A stretch of DNA of 64,000 nt from Neoechinorhynchus agilis (lineage: Eukaryota; Animalia; Acanthocephala), in NCBI GenBank assembly GCA_051530055.1, contig CM121343.1, positions 1,644,389 through 1,708,388 on the forward strand, given 5' to 3'. Position numbers and translations under genes: made by a program. The notes beneath the pieces were generated by a model that saw only the letters and a program-made list of their open reading frames with translations, was not told where the DNA came from and made no database searches. Within the stretch, counting starts at the first letter, position 1. Each line of letters starts with the position of its first letter. Below are positions 33,701 to 45,031 of the stretch, in pieces.

Positions 33701-36131
33701 CGGTGAGCTTTGTGGTAATAGGCTTGCTGGTCGGCTTCTGAGCAAGGTAAATACTCGTCATCGTCGTGTAAAGTCTTTTCATGTGAATCCATGGTTGAAT
33801 CGTTTGGTTCTTTTCTATTGATCGTATCATCGTCACTTTCGGGATGATTTGCCTTAATATGTCGATATGCTGCTCCGGGAATGTCGTGTTTCTTGGTGCT
33901 AAGTTCCCTTTGATGTTCCTCAACTAATTGAACGAGAGTTTCAACGTATGAATCAGTCTGTTGAAGGAGGTAAGCTAATCTTTTGTCTTTCTTTTCATCT
34001 ATCAATCGACGATAACCTTCCTCGTCTTCGGCCATGAGTCTTCGCATCCGTTCACGTTCTAACCTCTCTTGTTCTCGTTTTTGCTCCCGTTCAGTATTTG
34101 TATGCCAAGTAAGAATAGCTTTTGATAACTTTCCAGTTATAGCAACTACACGTTTATGATAATCCCTATATTGTTTGGCGTGCTGAGTCAAAAGTGAAAT
34201 AAACTCTGACTCGCGTTGTTTTTTCTTACTTTGCTCCTCGATCATCCGTTGCCGTTCGAAAAACTCAGTAGCCTTAGCATCGCGAAGAGTCTGTCTTCGA
34301 GGTCTCCTAAATGCCCGTGGATTGATGCTTACCGATATTATGGAATCCTCCTGGTATGTGTTCAATATCTCCCGCCTGATCTTTTGCTGATATTCTCGAA
34401 GACCGAGCAATTTCAGCTCAAATTCTGCTTTCATTTTGAGCTGAACCGAGGACGCCGATGACTTTATCAATCTATGCAGTTCCTTTCGCCGTTGGTTTTG
34501 TTTCTTTTTCCGTTGCTCCGCTCGGCGTTTTATGAGTTTTTCGAGACCATTATCGACTTGTAAAGGTTTTGGGGGAGGCGAAGGTTTCTGACTCATGATG
34601 ACAGTAGGAGTGGTAATCTTAAGCCGATTTTGGACTGGTGGGGATACTTGTGGGAACCGATTGGGTGGTCGATGGTGGAGTGTCTGATGTCGGACTGACG
34701 ATGGCACTTGTGTCGGAAGTTGTTGTGGCCGCATTACATAATACCGAGAAGAGTGAACATTGGAGGACGCCATCCGTATATTGGACAAAACATTGGCGCC
34801 GTTATTGAATGCAGAGATCATTTGATCGTTTAATCGTTCTCGTTTCACAAGAGAAATGTAGATTTGCAGTTGTGTTCTTAGGATTCCCAGGAGGAGATTA
34901 GCACTCTGGGGCGGTGCATACTGTTGAGATAAAGGATGTAGCGAAGTCCTAACCGGAGTTCTCATCATTCTCGGTTGATATATTGGATGTTGTTGAGCAG
35001 TTGCGTACATTGTACCTACAGCAATTGAAGGAGGGACGTTATAATTACGAATATATTCGATGCTATGCTTGTTTTATGGCGTAGAAAAATTAAATGATGA
35101 TGATTTTATTGAATCCGATTGATTTCGGCGACCTACAACAATATTGTACACGTTTATCACAAGGTTGTTTGGAAGTATCTTGGCCAGAACAAAAAACCCA
35201 ATATGAACAATTCGATGCTATTAAACAAGAATTGTGGACATGGTTCATCAGCAGCATGTATATGTAGCGTAGGATGCAGAGACAGTCTCACATGTAAGGA
35301 TGACTGTACATTCGTTTTGTAGGTAACGTCTAACAAAAGAAACACGAACCTATCACAATTCAAGTCCTCCTCTACCCTCCCCACTACTAACAGATAAAAA
35401 CCTTACCACCACCACCACAACCACCACCACCACCACCACTACAACCGACGACGCTCATTATTCAAAAACGTCTATAAAACACACCAAAAAAAGGGAGAAA
35501 AGGAGGGCTGGGGAAGACACCTACCATTTCCGCAACCGCTCGTAGCAACAACCGTGTTGGCTGTGCTGGATGTAACTGCAGAACCGCCACCATACATTAT
35601 ATCAGAACCAACATTGCCACCGCCTCCGCCGCCGCCGCCACCACCACCACTACCACCACCACCGCCGCCGCCGCTATTGCCGCTTGCGCCAATTTGATGT
35701 CTCAAAACTCCTTGGTACATTGATTGTTGGCCAGGACGCAGTACTGCAGTGGGCGACGAGTACATTGTCTGTTGTTGTTGTTGTTGTTGCATATAGGCAG
35801 CTGCGGCTACTCGTTGTTGTTGAGACATCATTTGGACGTACTGTTGAGGATGCATTTGTCGTCCGGCGGCATTCCCGAACCTATTCATGGCCATGCTCGC
35901 TCGCATTACGCCGCCCGTGCCCACCCCGTACATTCCCACACCGGAAGGAGCCGGATACCTTGAATGCTGCTGCTGCTGCTGAGGCTGTTGACACCATTGC
36001 TGTGCGGACTGCGGCGGCTGCTGCTGCGGCTGCGGGGGCTGACCGTGCGTTGAAAGTAACTGGTGATACGGCTGCTGCTGCTGCTGCTGCTGACTGCTAA
36101 ACTCGTTTGGAATGCTCATCCTTTGTGACAT
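30713..36131 (-). CDS. SMARCA4: SWI/SNF ATPase Brahma/SMARCA2/4 ortholog, ~1517 aa; exons 36131-35525, 35015-33475, 33118-30713
   Basis: Poly-Q/poly-G N-terminus, QLQ, HSA, SNF2 helicase ([54 protein letters not shown]), SnAC and bromodomain. Intron 1 (35524-35016) is GT-AG. The second junction is non-canonical (see findings). Confidence 0.92.
33121..33474 (-). other. 354-bp insert with TA duplication and imperfect terminal inverted repeats; putative non-canonical intron
   Basis: TA at 33119-33120 and 33475-33476. Sense ends are GCACTTTGACTCTC... and ...GAGAGTCGAAGCAA. Removing 356 nt restores IIVPL-STLSNW. Confidence 0.8.
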
Positions 36132-37752
36132 TCTAAAGATAACACCGTCGGTATGGTAAATATCCCATTGAACCCTCATTTGCTCAACACCCAAAACTCC
36201 GGCACAGACGCAACCACCGCCAGTCGCGCCGTGTGTACAAAACAACCCGGCGCCAAAAGAGTCCGGCGCGCGCGCGCGTTAAAGCATACAAAATTACAGC
36301 CATCCCGTCGCTACACACAGAGACACGAATCGATGCGAGCGCTCCCACACTATCGTCTTATTTACATCACTTCTACGTCAAAAGATGCTTCAAGAATGTC
36401 GAAAACTATACGGGAGGAGTGCTAGCGCGACTTTGATACTGCCGCCACTGACGGATACGCCTCGATTCGTCGTCGTCGTCGTCGTCTGGTACACGCTCGT
36501 GTGGCCAAATGTGCGTGTGTGTGTGTGTGTGTGCTGAAGCCGCATCTGTACCGCACGCGCGCGCGTGTGTTGTTGTTGTCGGCTGCCAACTACGTCATCC
36601 ATATGGAAGAATCCTCCGAAAACACGCAACGGTGTGTCCATCGCCTTATGCATCTTTCACGAGATCTCGATCGAATGTAGACTTGTTCGTTAATCAACGG
36701 AAAAAAACCGAAATTTGTGTTTATTTGCGCACGAATAGTTCGCCACTTTTCATAGGCGGACGAACCATCAGTGCCTCTAAATACAATAACTCTAAATTCG
36801 TTCCCTTTTCACATGAGCAAAACAATCGTAATCCATTTCATCCTCTCCCTCCCCAACCTCACAAGAATAACCACCGACTTTCGAACCCACGATCCACTCC
36901 ATAATCAACATTCATTTAACCTATCAGAAATCGAGTATTTTTGTGAGGACCCAAACGTGGACATTGGTCCTATTCTTTTTGGATTAAGAAATAAACGTGT
37001 TATTATTAATCTAGTCGTTCTGCAGTCGGGATGGATATCAAAGATCACGACTCTTCTCGCCGCCGACTCCTGTGGTCCAAGGTCGTTTCCGTCACCTCTC
37101 CGAGTGCATTATATTTCTCGATCCCGAATGGCATGAAATTAGGTTGGTATGGGGTATACTTCGTCAAATAAGGATACTGCTGTCCTCGAGGAAAATTCGC
37201 TGTGAAATTATCGTTCTATTGTACGTTGGCGAATCCTTTCCCCGGTGTTGTCGTTATTCATTTAATTGTGAAATATTTCGCACGGTTTTCCTTGCCTCTT
37301 CAGTTTCTATTGCTTGTAAGTTTTTAAAACTTAGGAAAACCTTGCGAAATATTTCTCAAATGAACGTACAATCAAATTCACCCGAAGACAATGATATATG
37401 ACATTATCATTATATGTTGTTTTAATTGTGGTAATAATCCTCCCCCCCCGGATAAAAGATATTTCAAATCAATAAAACATCTTTTATGCGGGTTTCTAAT
37501 CGCAACAATTCAAACTCTATAATCCCCAAGGAATTTCTCTCAATGATTATTATATGTCATGCGTCATAATCTTGAAGGTTCTTTAAATGTTCCATAAGGA
37601 CCTTTTTGGGCAAAAGACACGAACCTAGTGAATGTAATTAAAAAAGTTTAGTAAAATTTAAGGTGATGGCAAATGCCGTTTGTGGAATCAGAAGTTATCC
37701 AAGGCGTGCTGATTGAATGCCTCCCTATTTTTTGCAGTGTAAATCTAACTCA

Positions 37753-38283
37753 GATTTAGGGCATCCCTTCCTCATTTTTTTAGTTTTCCTTCTTCTCATG
37801 AAGCCACGCCAAGGCAGAAAACTAAAAAAGTCGAGGAGGGGATGTCCTAAGTCTGAATCTATAGAACCGGTTTGCCATCAATAAATCAGTCGTGAGTGTT
37901 GAATTCTTAAATGTTTTTACTGGCAAACCTGTTCTATTGATTAAGATTTAGGGCATCCCTTCCTCATTTTTTTTAGTTTTCCTTTTTCTCATGAAGCCAC
38001 GCCAAGGCAGCAAACTAAAAAAGCTCAGGAGGGGATGTCCTAAATATGAATCAATAGAACCGGTTTGCCATCAATAAATCAGTCGTGAGTGTTGAATTCT
38101 TAAATGTTTTTACTGGCAAACCTGTTCTATTGATTAAGATTTAGGGCATCCCTTCCTCATTTTTTTTAGTTTTCCCTTTTCTCATGAAGCCACGCCAAGG
38201 CAGCAAACTAAAAAAGCTCAGGAGGGGATGTCCTAAATATGAATCAATAGAACCGGCTTGCCATGTATAAACATTTAAGAATT
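37753..38283. repeat. ~192-bp fold-back unit in about 2.7 tandem copies
   Basis: gatttagggcatccc starts at 37753, 37945 and 38138. Segment 38095-38283 is self-complementary over most of its length. Confidence 0.85.
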
Positions 38284-38359
38284 TAAATCTAACGTCGAAT
38301 GAGTCGAAGTTTGTTAGCATGGACTACATTATGCTACAAAATTATTTTTTTGATTGATA

Positions 38360-38860
38360 AGTTTTATTATAGATTCCAATATTGACTATTCAATCACCAC
38401 CGTCCGCAAAATCTTAGCTTCTCTCCTTCCTCGGCTGTCGCTATCACGTTAGCAGCATTGCCTCGTTGTACTACAAGCGAGATATTCTGTCGCAGAAATA
38501 CACCTGCTCGTGCGTCGTTGGTCGTTACTCTCAATTTCTTTGAGATATCCTGGAGCAGAATGAATGCCGACTCCGAAGGGGACAAAATAGTGGACCTTCT
38601 CCAAATCCCTATATTTTCGTACCTTCCTCCCCTCCGCTGCACTGGCTGCACCTCCAGAGGTTTCGAGAGAGTAGGGAATGTTGCTTACTGCGGGGGTGTC
38701 CACACGCGTGGCGTCCCAAAGAAGGCATTTGCCCTTTCGTCACGGAAAGACCGAAATTCCGTGAGGTCGACGGCGGGTTCCAAGATGTTGGGGAAGTTCG
38801 CCGTTCTCAACGCCCGAGAAATTACGCTATTGATCTCAGAATGGCACCACGGGGTCTGCT
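38360..38860 (-). mobile_element. CRE-clade retrotransposon 3' fragment (RLE endonuclease)
   Basis: HSEINSVISRAL...NILEP, WDATRVDT (shifted frame), KYRDLEKVHYFVPFG, FLRQNISLVVQRGNAANV, then AATAAA and an A-rich tract on minus. Confidence 0.8.
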
Positions 38861-40721
38861 GAAAACTAAGAAAACGGAGCATTTTGGCATTTGATATAGA
38901 AAAAACCCAATTTTCTTTAACAAATACCCCATGAATTAGATACGGCCGCCAGTGCTACCTGCGAGTGTACACTATTGCCTCGGTTTTGTCATTTAAAAAC
39001 TATTTTAGCTTCTCTTTTTAAAGTGCGAATAAAGTGAATTTTTATATGATTGCTTGAATGAGACGAGTATGTGCAGGTCGAATCATATTTTTGTTGTAAA
39101 GCAAAATATAATGGTTTGATGTTGATGAGTGTGGTTCGAGGATGTCAGTAAAAATTGACTTGAATGATCCCCAAGAAGACAGCCTTGCAATGGAAGCTTT
39201 AATATTAAAAAGTTGAACAGTTAAATCTTCATTGTGCTTTATTGTGACAGTATCTCGAGTTTTTAAGTTCTGACCAGAATAAGAGAAAGGCTAAATTTGA
39301 TTCTTGAGGCTAAAGCATAGCCTTCTGTATTTTGTGCCACAAAGTAATAAATAATTTATTAAAGAATATGCAGCGCAAATTGAAAGAACGCAGGATTCAT
39401 ATGGCACCATGGAGTTCCTTTTCTCAATGGAGTAATAGTATAAAAGAGCGATCATTTTGGCTCATTTCTCGAGCTTAAATTTGGCTGCATCGCTAAAGGA
39501 TTCTCCGGTGCAGACTATTTTCCTAAACATAGAGCAACATTTTTCTCTAACGTATTTAAGGTATAATATTTATTGCCATTTCGAGCAACTCATCAAAGTT
39601 AGTTTACTAATAACACGTTTATTTCTTAATCCACAAATGTCAAGTGGGGGCAAATTGATGATTATTTGCGCCGAGGAGAGTTTGTGCCTTTCCTCCTTTT
39701 CATTTCGGTTGATGGTATCCGAAAAAGTTGGACAGTATGGAAAAATGAGCGGAGGTTGAGGAGGATGAAACGAATTGGGATTACGAGTGTTGCGCTCATG
39801 TGAAAAAAGTGGACAATATCGAATAAAGATCAATGTTAACCGTATTATGAAATCATCGTCGGAACCTTTATTCATCTTCCTCATTATGACTACAGCCGAT
39901 TTGTATTGAACATCTCTACATATCCACGATTTACAAATATCGTAGAATAAAAATGTGGTTATCATAATCCCGGATATGATCACATCTCGAAGGATTCTTG
40001 ATGATATCGTCCAATATCGATCGTGACTGAATTCGCCAAAATCACTAAGATTGATCTCGCAACGCTCGATTTCTGGATATCATACCTCATTTCCATAGTT
40101 CCTAAATTTCATCGATTTAACAGTCTGTGTCGGTCTATATAGGCACCTCTCTTTCTGAAATTTTACGTTTATCCAAAAATGATTGCTTTTGATTTGCTCT
40201 GAAAAATCGTAATACGAAATGCTTCCAAGGGTTTTTTTTATCAATCACGCGTCGCAGGAGTCGAAACGTCCCCTATTTTATAAATGTTGCTCTACAGAAT
40301 GAATTATCTCCGACTATTATTTTTCACGATTGATTTTTTTAAATGCTCATTGCTTTTAAGCCGAAGAATCAAAATTTATCTCCAAAGGATGATAATTGCT
40401 CCCTTTGCTTTTAATAAGAATAATATGCCTATATTGATTTGTGCTACGAATTCGATCCAGGCAGAAGAGAACTTATTTTCCGATTCAAATTTTGATTAAA
40501 AGTACGATGGTGTCAAAAAACCTCCGAAAAGACGATAATGTCAATTGAAAGATATCAAAGTCTCGAACTCAATTTACTAATCTGACAGCACGCTGTGAAA
40601 GCAAAAATAATTTTCAATCACTACATCGTCAATGATCAACGTGTTTCGACGTAACTCCAAAAATTATTGATGTAAATAAGTTGTTCATATTTGTATTTTT
40701 TGGTGATGAGAAAAATATAGA

Positions 40722-40892
40722 TTGATTCATTAGTTGTTTTTATATAGCAGAAAATTAAAAGAATTTATTGATTTCGATATTTCGGAACCGTAATCTTGTA
40801 GCGTCTATTAATAACTGAAAACCATTCCGAAATATTGAAATCGATAAATTCTTTTAATTTTCCGCTATATAAAAACAATTAGTAGATCAATC
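40722..40892. repeat. Fold-back element with GAAATATC-type arms, hammerhead core decayed
   Basis: gaaaattaaaagaatttattgatttcgatatttcggaa mirrored by ttccgaaatattgaaatcgataaattcttttaattttc; centre TAGCGTCTATTAATAACT at 40799-40816. Confidence 0.8.
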
Positions 40893-41509
40893 TTTACTTT
40901 TCTCATAGGTGTATATTTGTTATTGGAATTATTGTTTAGATTAACAACCGTTAAGTGAATATTTATTAAAAACAAACTAACGATGAACCCTGTGATGTTC
41001 GAAACGCCTTTAATCGAAATAATGATTTCCCAATCACTTTCCTCGGTACTTCACAGATATCGACATCTAAATTTATTATGATTGCGTCACCTTAATTACC
41101 ACTTTTAATCGATTATTTTTCGCCGCTCTTAAATCGTAATCAATCACTCAACAACTTAAGCACGGAAGAAAAGTCGGGGTTCATAATTCTATGGAATTCA
41201 CTCACTTGTGATTGGGTTACTAATCGTCTCGAACTCAGACGCGTGCAACATCACCGTACTTTTTGGTAAACAGTCACTCATATCACGGATCCGTTGTTAC
41301 CTGCCGAAAACACTAAGCGAGTACTCATTGCTCCAATTCATCGGCACGCATAGCTTCTTCATCCGGAGTGAGTTGCGTAACAATTGTCGATGCTGTAGTT
41401 TTGTTCTTTCGCGCAATTACCCGTTTTTTCGCAGGACTAAAGCCGGAAATCGTACAAACCTTCGTCACCAATATGCTCAGCAGCCGTTCAACTTTTGAGA
41501 CCGAAATCA

Positions 41510-41661
41510 GAAGTGTTATTTAGGTCTTTATACCCTAAATATTTTTTTATTCTTAATACGTTTCGAATCTCGTCGTGGTCAATTTATAATTGTTCAAGTT
41601 TGTAGGTTTGAAACGTCTTTAATAAAAAAATTTATCCGATAAAGGTCTAAACAATAATTCC
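41510..41661. repeat. Degenerate family A fold-back copy (another partial copy at ~40920-41020)
   Basis: tgttatttaggtcttta...acgtttcgaa / gaaacgtctttaataaaa...ggtctaaacaataattc; the CTGATGA cores are lost. Confidence 0.7.
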
Positions 41662-41867
41662 AAATGGAAAACTGCGCGATTATTGGAATTGCGCCTATGA
41701 GATTTGGTGGAATTTTTAATGCTGCTATCTGATTGGTGCATTTTTTTTGCTAATGGATTTTCGCGCTAACCCTTCGCTATTTTCTATCACGATTGCAGTT
41801 TACACTTGTTGGTGTTCATGTTATTATGTGAAAGTGTGGGAAAATTATATATCAAAGACTGACTTTA

Positions 41868-41910
41868 ATTGAAATATTTCATCCAATCACATTGGACTTC
41901 CTTAGTCAAT
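41868..41910 (-). repeat. Degenerate copy of the 197-240 hammerhead-like pLTR segment
   Basis: Minus strand reads TTGACTAAGGAAGTCCAATGTGATTGGATGAAATATTTCAA; the flank also matches about 170-250. Confidence 0.65.
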
Positions 41911-42001
41911 TATTGTTTGTTAGTAATTTCATGTTATTATTAAAATCCCCATTATTTTTAGATCGTTTATCAACACTTCGAAAAAACCAACAACAAACAA
42001 A

Positions 42002-45000
42002 ATGACCTCTGGAATACGCCCTGAAAACATTGTCAATCGCGCCGAGGAGCTAATGCGGGTTAACAAACCCCACTTGGCAATTCAAACGCTGCTTGACTGT
42101 ATCGATAATCGTAAACATCGCAATAATTTCGATGGTATCAAGCCGGTTATTGCATTGTATTTGAGCATTTGCATCAAGATGCGTGATTCTGCAAAAGCCA
42201 AAGCAGGAATTGTTCAATATAGAAATATCTGCCAGAATGGAGGGGCTGATAGGCTTGAAGCGGTGATGATAAATTTTTTGGAAAACAGTGAGAAGCGAAC
42301 TGACGAAGCGTTGAAGAGCCTTCACAAGTACAAAGAACTGAGACAATTGGACGATGGTAGTATGGATGATCTAGAGAATATACAATCGCCAGAAATGCTG
42401 CAAAAAGTAGCTAATGGTGAGATGGGAGACGATTACATAGTAGAGATTAATGAAACGATGGGTGCATCAGGAGGTAGCGGAGATCCACTTGCCAATTATG
42501 GAGCATGGTTGCGTTTTTTATGGGAGGCATACCGGATGTGCCTTGAGACTTTAAAGAACAACACTCGAGTTGAAGTTCAATACAAAACAATGGTGTTGTT
42601 GTGTTATAAGTTTGCTGTTCGGCACGAGAGGAGATCGGAGTTCCGGAAATTATGTGATTCTGTAAGGCAGCATCTTAATACTGCAACAAGGAATTTAGCG
42701 ATTCCAGGAACTGCAGTTTATGGAATCAGGCTCGAGAACAGTGACACTGTTAAAGCATACATCCACACGAGGATAGTACAGTTCAATTGCGCTGTTGAGT
42801 TGAATATGTGGCAAGAAGCGTACAGGGCAATTGAAGATCTACATACTTTACTAGTAAAAGCCGGTACTCGATCTTGTACCGCTTTTCAATTTATCACATA
42901 TTACTGGAAAGCGGCTACAGCTTTCTGGAATGCTGGTTTATATGCCCACCATGCTCAGGCACTATTTCATCAATTTACAATTTACAGAAAAAGAAAGTAT
43001 CCTGTCACCAAAGAAGAAATGGCACGGATGTCTACTAGGCTTGTTCTCGCTATACTAGCGGTTCCAACATACAAAGCCGCCCCAACTCAATCCGATAATC
43101 AACTCGAATTGGACGATGGGCAATCGGAGCGACAAAAACAACTCTATTCACTTTTGAATTTAACACGTCCTCCAACTCGCGAAAGTTTGTTAGCTGACCT
43201 TAAGATCATTAACATATCAGAATACACTAAGGGAACAAAAGTAGGTGAAATCCTTGCTCGTCTTTTGCGTTCGCTTGACGCAGACAGCCTTAATCTCCTT
43301 GAGACCTTTGTGGACGAGAGCGTCAAGGAACCTGCTATACAATCATGTGAAGATTCTCCGTGGTCCCTTGATGCTGGAATTCCGGAGTACATTGTACGTC
43401 AATATGTGCCACATATTCGATCCGTGGTAGTGAGCATCTATCTTCAACAGACCTCCCAACTCTACTCAACCGTGAGTATCAGTCGACTGCAAAAATTATG
43501 CCCTTGCAATACGCCCACTCATCGGGTTCTGAACTATAGCCTTCAAATGTGTCGTTCTAAAGTATTTGATGCCACCGTGGATGATGTCAATGAAACTGTT
43601 ACGTTTCGCCGTGGTTTTAGAAGTGTGGTAACGTCCGCAGATGCAAACAGTATCCAAATGAGTGAACAAGAAGCTCTTAGGAGCCACTTGAAACGAATTA
43701 CGTTCGGAAGCGCCAAAGTGATAGACAACATAATCGCGAAGAACAAATTTAAAAATCCCATTGAACAGAGGAATGCTGCAAAGAGGTCACAGTTAGTTCA
43801 AGCTCAACTCTCAGCCACTAAGAAACATGAATTGGCAAAAGAACGGTTTGCAACCATTGAATCGTTCAAAAAAATGAAGGAAGTGCGTCTTATCAAAATT
43901 AGACAGACTGAAATGCAAATGGAACGGCAGCGCCATGAACGTGAGGCCGAGATGGAGGAAGCTAGAAAACGCGATAGAAGTCAACATCGAAAAAAGATTG
44001 AGCAAGAGGAGTTGGAAAGACAGGAGAGACAACGAACGAAGGACCTGATGATGACATTCGACATGGGTCGAAAGTTCTTGGCAGGAAAGACAGATGAAGA
44101 ATTGGTGAATATTGACATTCGCGAAATTGAGCTAGCACAGGAAATTAACGACAGAAAAGTTGAAAAGGAAAGAAGAGAAAAATTAGCGAGGCAAGCAAAG
44201 AAGATTGATTATTATTACCGTGCATGTCACCAGGTTCAACTGGAGGGACTTAAGAAAATGGCCCAAGAAAAATGCAATGAAATGAGAGACCATTGGGATA
44301 AATCCTACAATTTGTTAGAAGAGACAGTTATGGATGAATATCAGAAATCGCTTGAACATCGAGATAGATTAAGGTTAAAGGAACCTGAAATTAATCAATA
44401 CGTGCAAACGGTGATGGAAAAACGAGAAAATGCATTAAAAGACAAAGTGCTCGAGCACGAAAAACGGTATGAAGAATTGAGAGAAAAGGTTGCGCTTCGA
44501 AGAAAAGAGCAGAGAAAGATTCAAAGGAAGGCAGAGTACGAGGCGGAATTGAAGCGCAAGGCTGAGGAAGAGAAGCGCTTGGCTGATGAAAAGAAATACC
44601 GTGCTCCGACCACAACTCCCGTTGTCCCTCCAACAAAATCTTCAATGCCAGTAACTCGTGGAAGATTTCAGAACTTGGAATCGCAAAGCAGTACCTACCC
44701 ACGACGATGGAATAATCCTCCACAAAGACGAAATCGTTCGCCACCGCAACAGCGGCAGCAGCAGCAACAACAACAACAACAACAACCGCCACCACAGCCG
44801 GCATACCGAGCACCGACAGCAATGGGTCGCACAGCTTCCAATTATCCGTCTTTTAATACCAATAATAGAAATCCGACATCACCGGCTGCTGCGCCAAACA
44901 CCACACCGTTCAGTGTACCTCGGCGAGAAGGTGTGCGTCGCTGGTCACCACCGAGGAGTTCTGCTCCCAGAACAAGATGGAATTATGCAAATACGTCAAA

Positions 45001-45031
45001 GGCCTCTGAGACCAATTGGCGAAATCGATGA
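42002..45031 (+). CDS. EIF3A: Eukaryotic translation initiation factor 3 subunit A (1009 aa, single exon)
   Basis: N-terminal RPEN...RAEEL...KHR, QYRNICQ, WLRFLWEAYRMCLETLKNN, RRSEFRKLCD, ELNMWQEAYRAIEDLH, PCI region and long charged coiled coil. Confidence 0.93.
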   Translation: MTSGIRPENIVNRAEELMRVNKPHLAIQTLLDCIDNRKHRNNFDGIKPVIALYLSICIKMRDSAKAKAGIVQYRNICQNGGADRLEAVMINFLENSEKRTDEALKSLHKYKELRQLDDGSMDDLENIQSPEMLQKVANGEMGDDYIVEINETMGASGGSGDPLANYGAWLRFLWEAYRMCLETLKNNTRVEVQYKTMVLLCYKFAVRHERRSEFRKLCDSVRQHLNTATRNLAIPGTAVYGIRLENSDTVKAYIHTRIVQFNCAVELNMWQEAYRAIEDLHTLLVKAGTRSCTAFQFITYYWKAATAFWNAGLYAHHAQALFHQFTIYRKRKYPVTKEEMARMSTRLVLAILAVPTYKAAPTQSDNQLELDDGQSERQKQLYSLLNLTRPPTRESLLADLKIINISEYTKGTKVGEILARLLRSLDADSLNLLETFVDESVKEPAIQSCEDSPWSLDAGIPEYIVRQYVPHIRSVVVSIYLQQTSQLYSTVSISRLQKLCPCNTPTHRVLNYSLQMCRSKVFDATVDDVNETVTFRRGFRSVVTSADANSIQMSEQEALRSHLKRITFGSAKVIDNIIAKNKFKNPIEQRNAAKRSQLVQAQLSATKKHELAKERFATIESFKKMKEVRLIKIRQTEMQMERQRHEREAEMEEARKRDRSQHRKKIEQEELERQERQRTKDLMMTFDMGRKFLAGKTDEELVNIDIREIELAQEINDRKVEKERREKLARQAKKIDYYYRACHQVQLEGLKKMAQEKCNEMRDHWDKSYNLLEETVMDEYQKSLEHRDRLRLKEPEINQYVQTVMEKRENALKDKVLEHEKRYEELREKVALRRKEQRKIQRKAEYEAELKRKAEEEKRLADEKKYRAPTTTPVVPPTKSSMPVTRGRFQNLESQSSTYPRRWNNPPQRRNRSPPQQRQQQQQQQQQQPPPQPAYRAPTAMGRTASNYPSFNTNNRNPTSPAAAPNTTPFSVPRREGVRRWSPPRSSAPRTRWNYANTSKASETNWRNR

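Noticed and set aside
35157-35384. Extra Brahma exon within intron 1
   Set aside because: Exon 1 (phase 1) joins 35015 in frame with GT-AG, and the internal ORF shows no recognisable homology.
35684-36904. Plus-strand ORFs over the Brahma 5' region and promoter
   Set aside because: They are antisense shadows of poly-Q/poly-G codons and GT/GC/GTC microsatellites.
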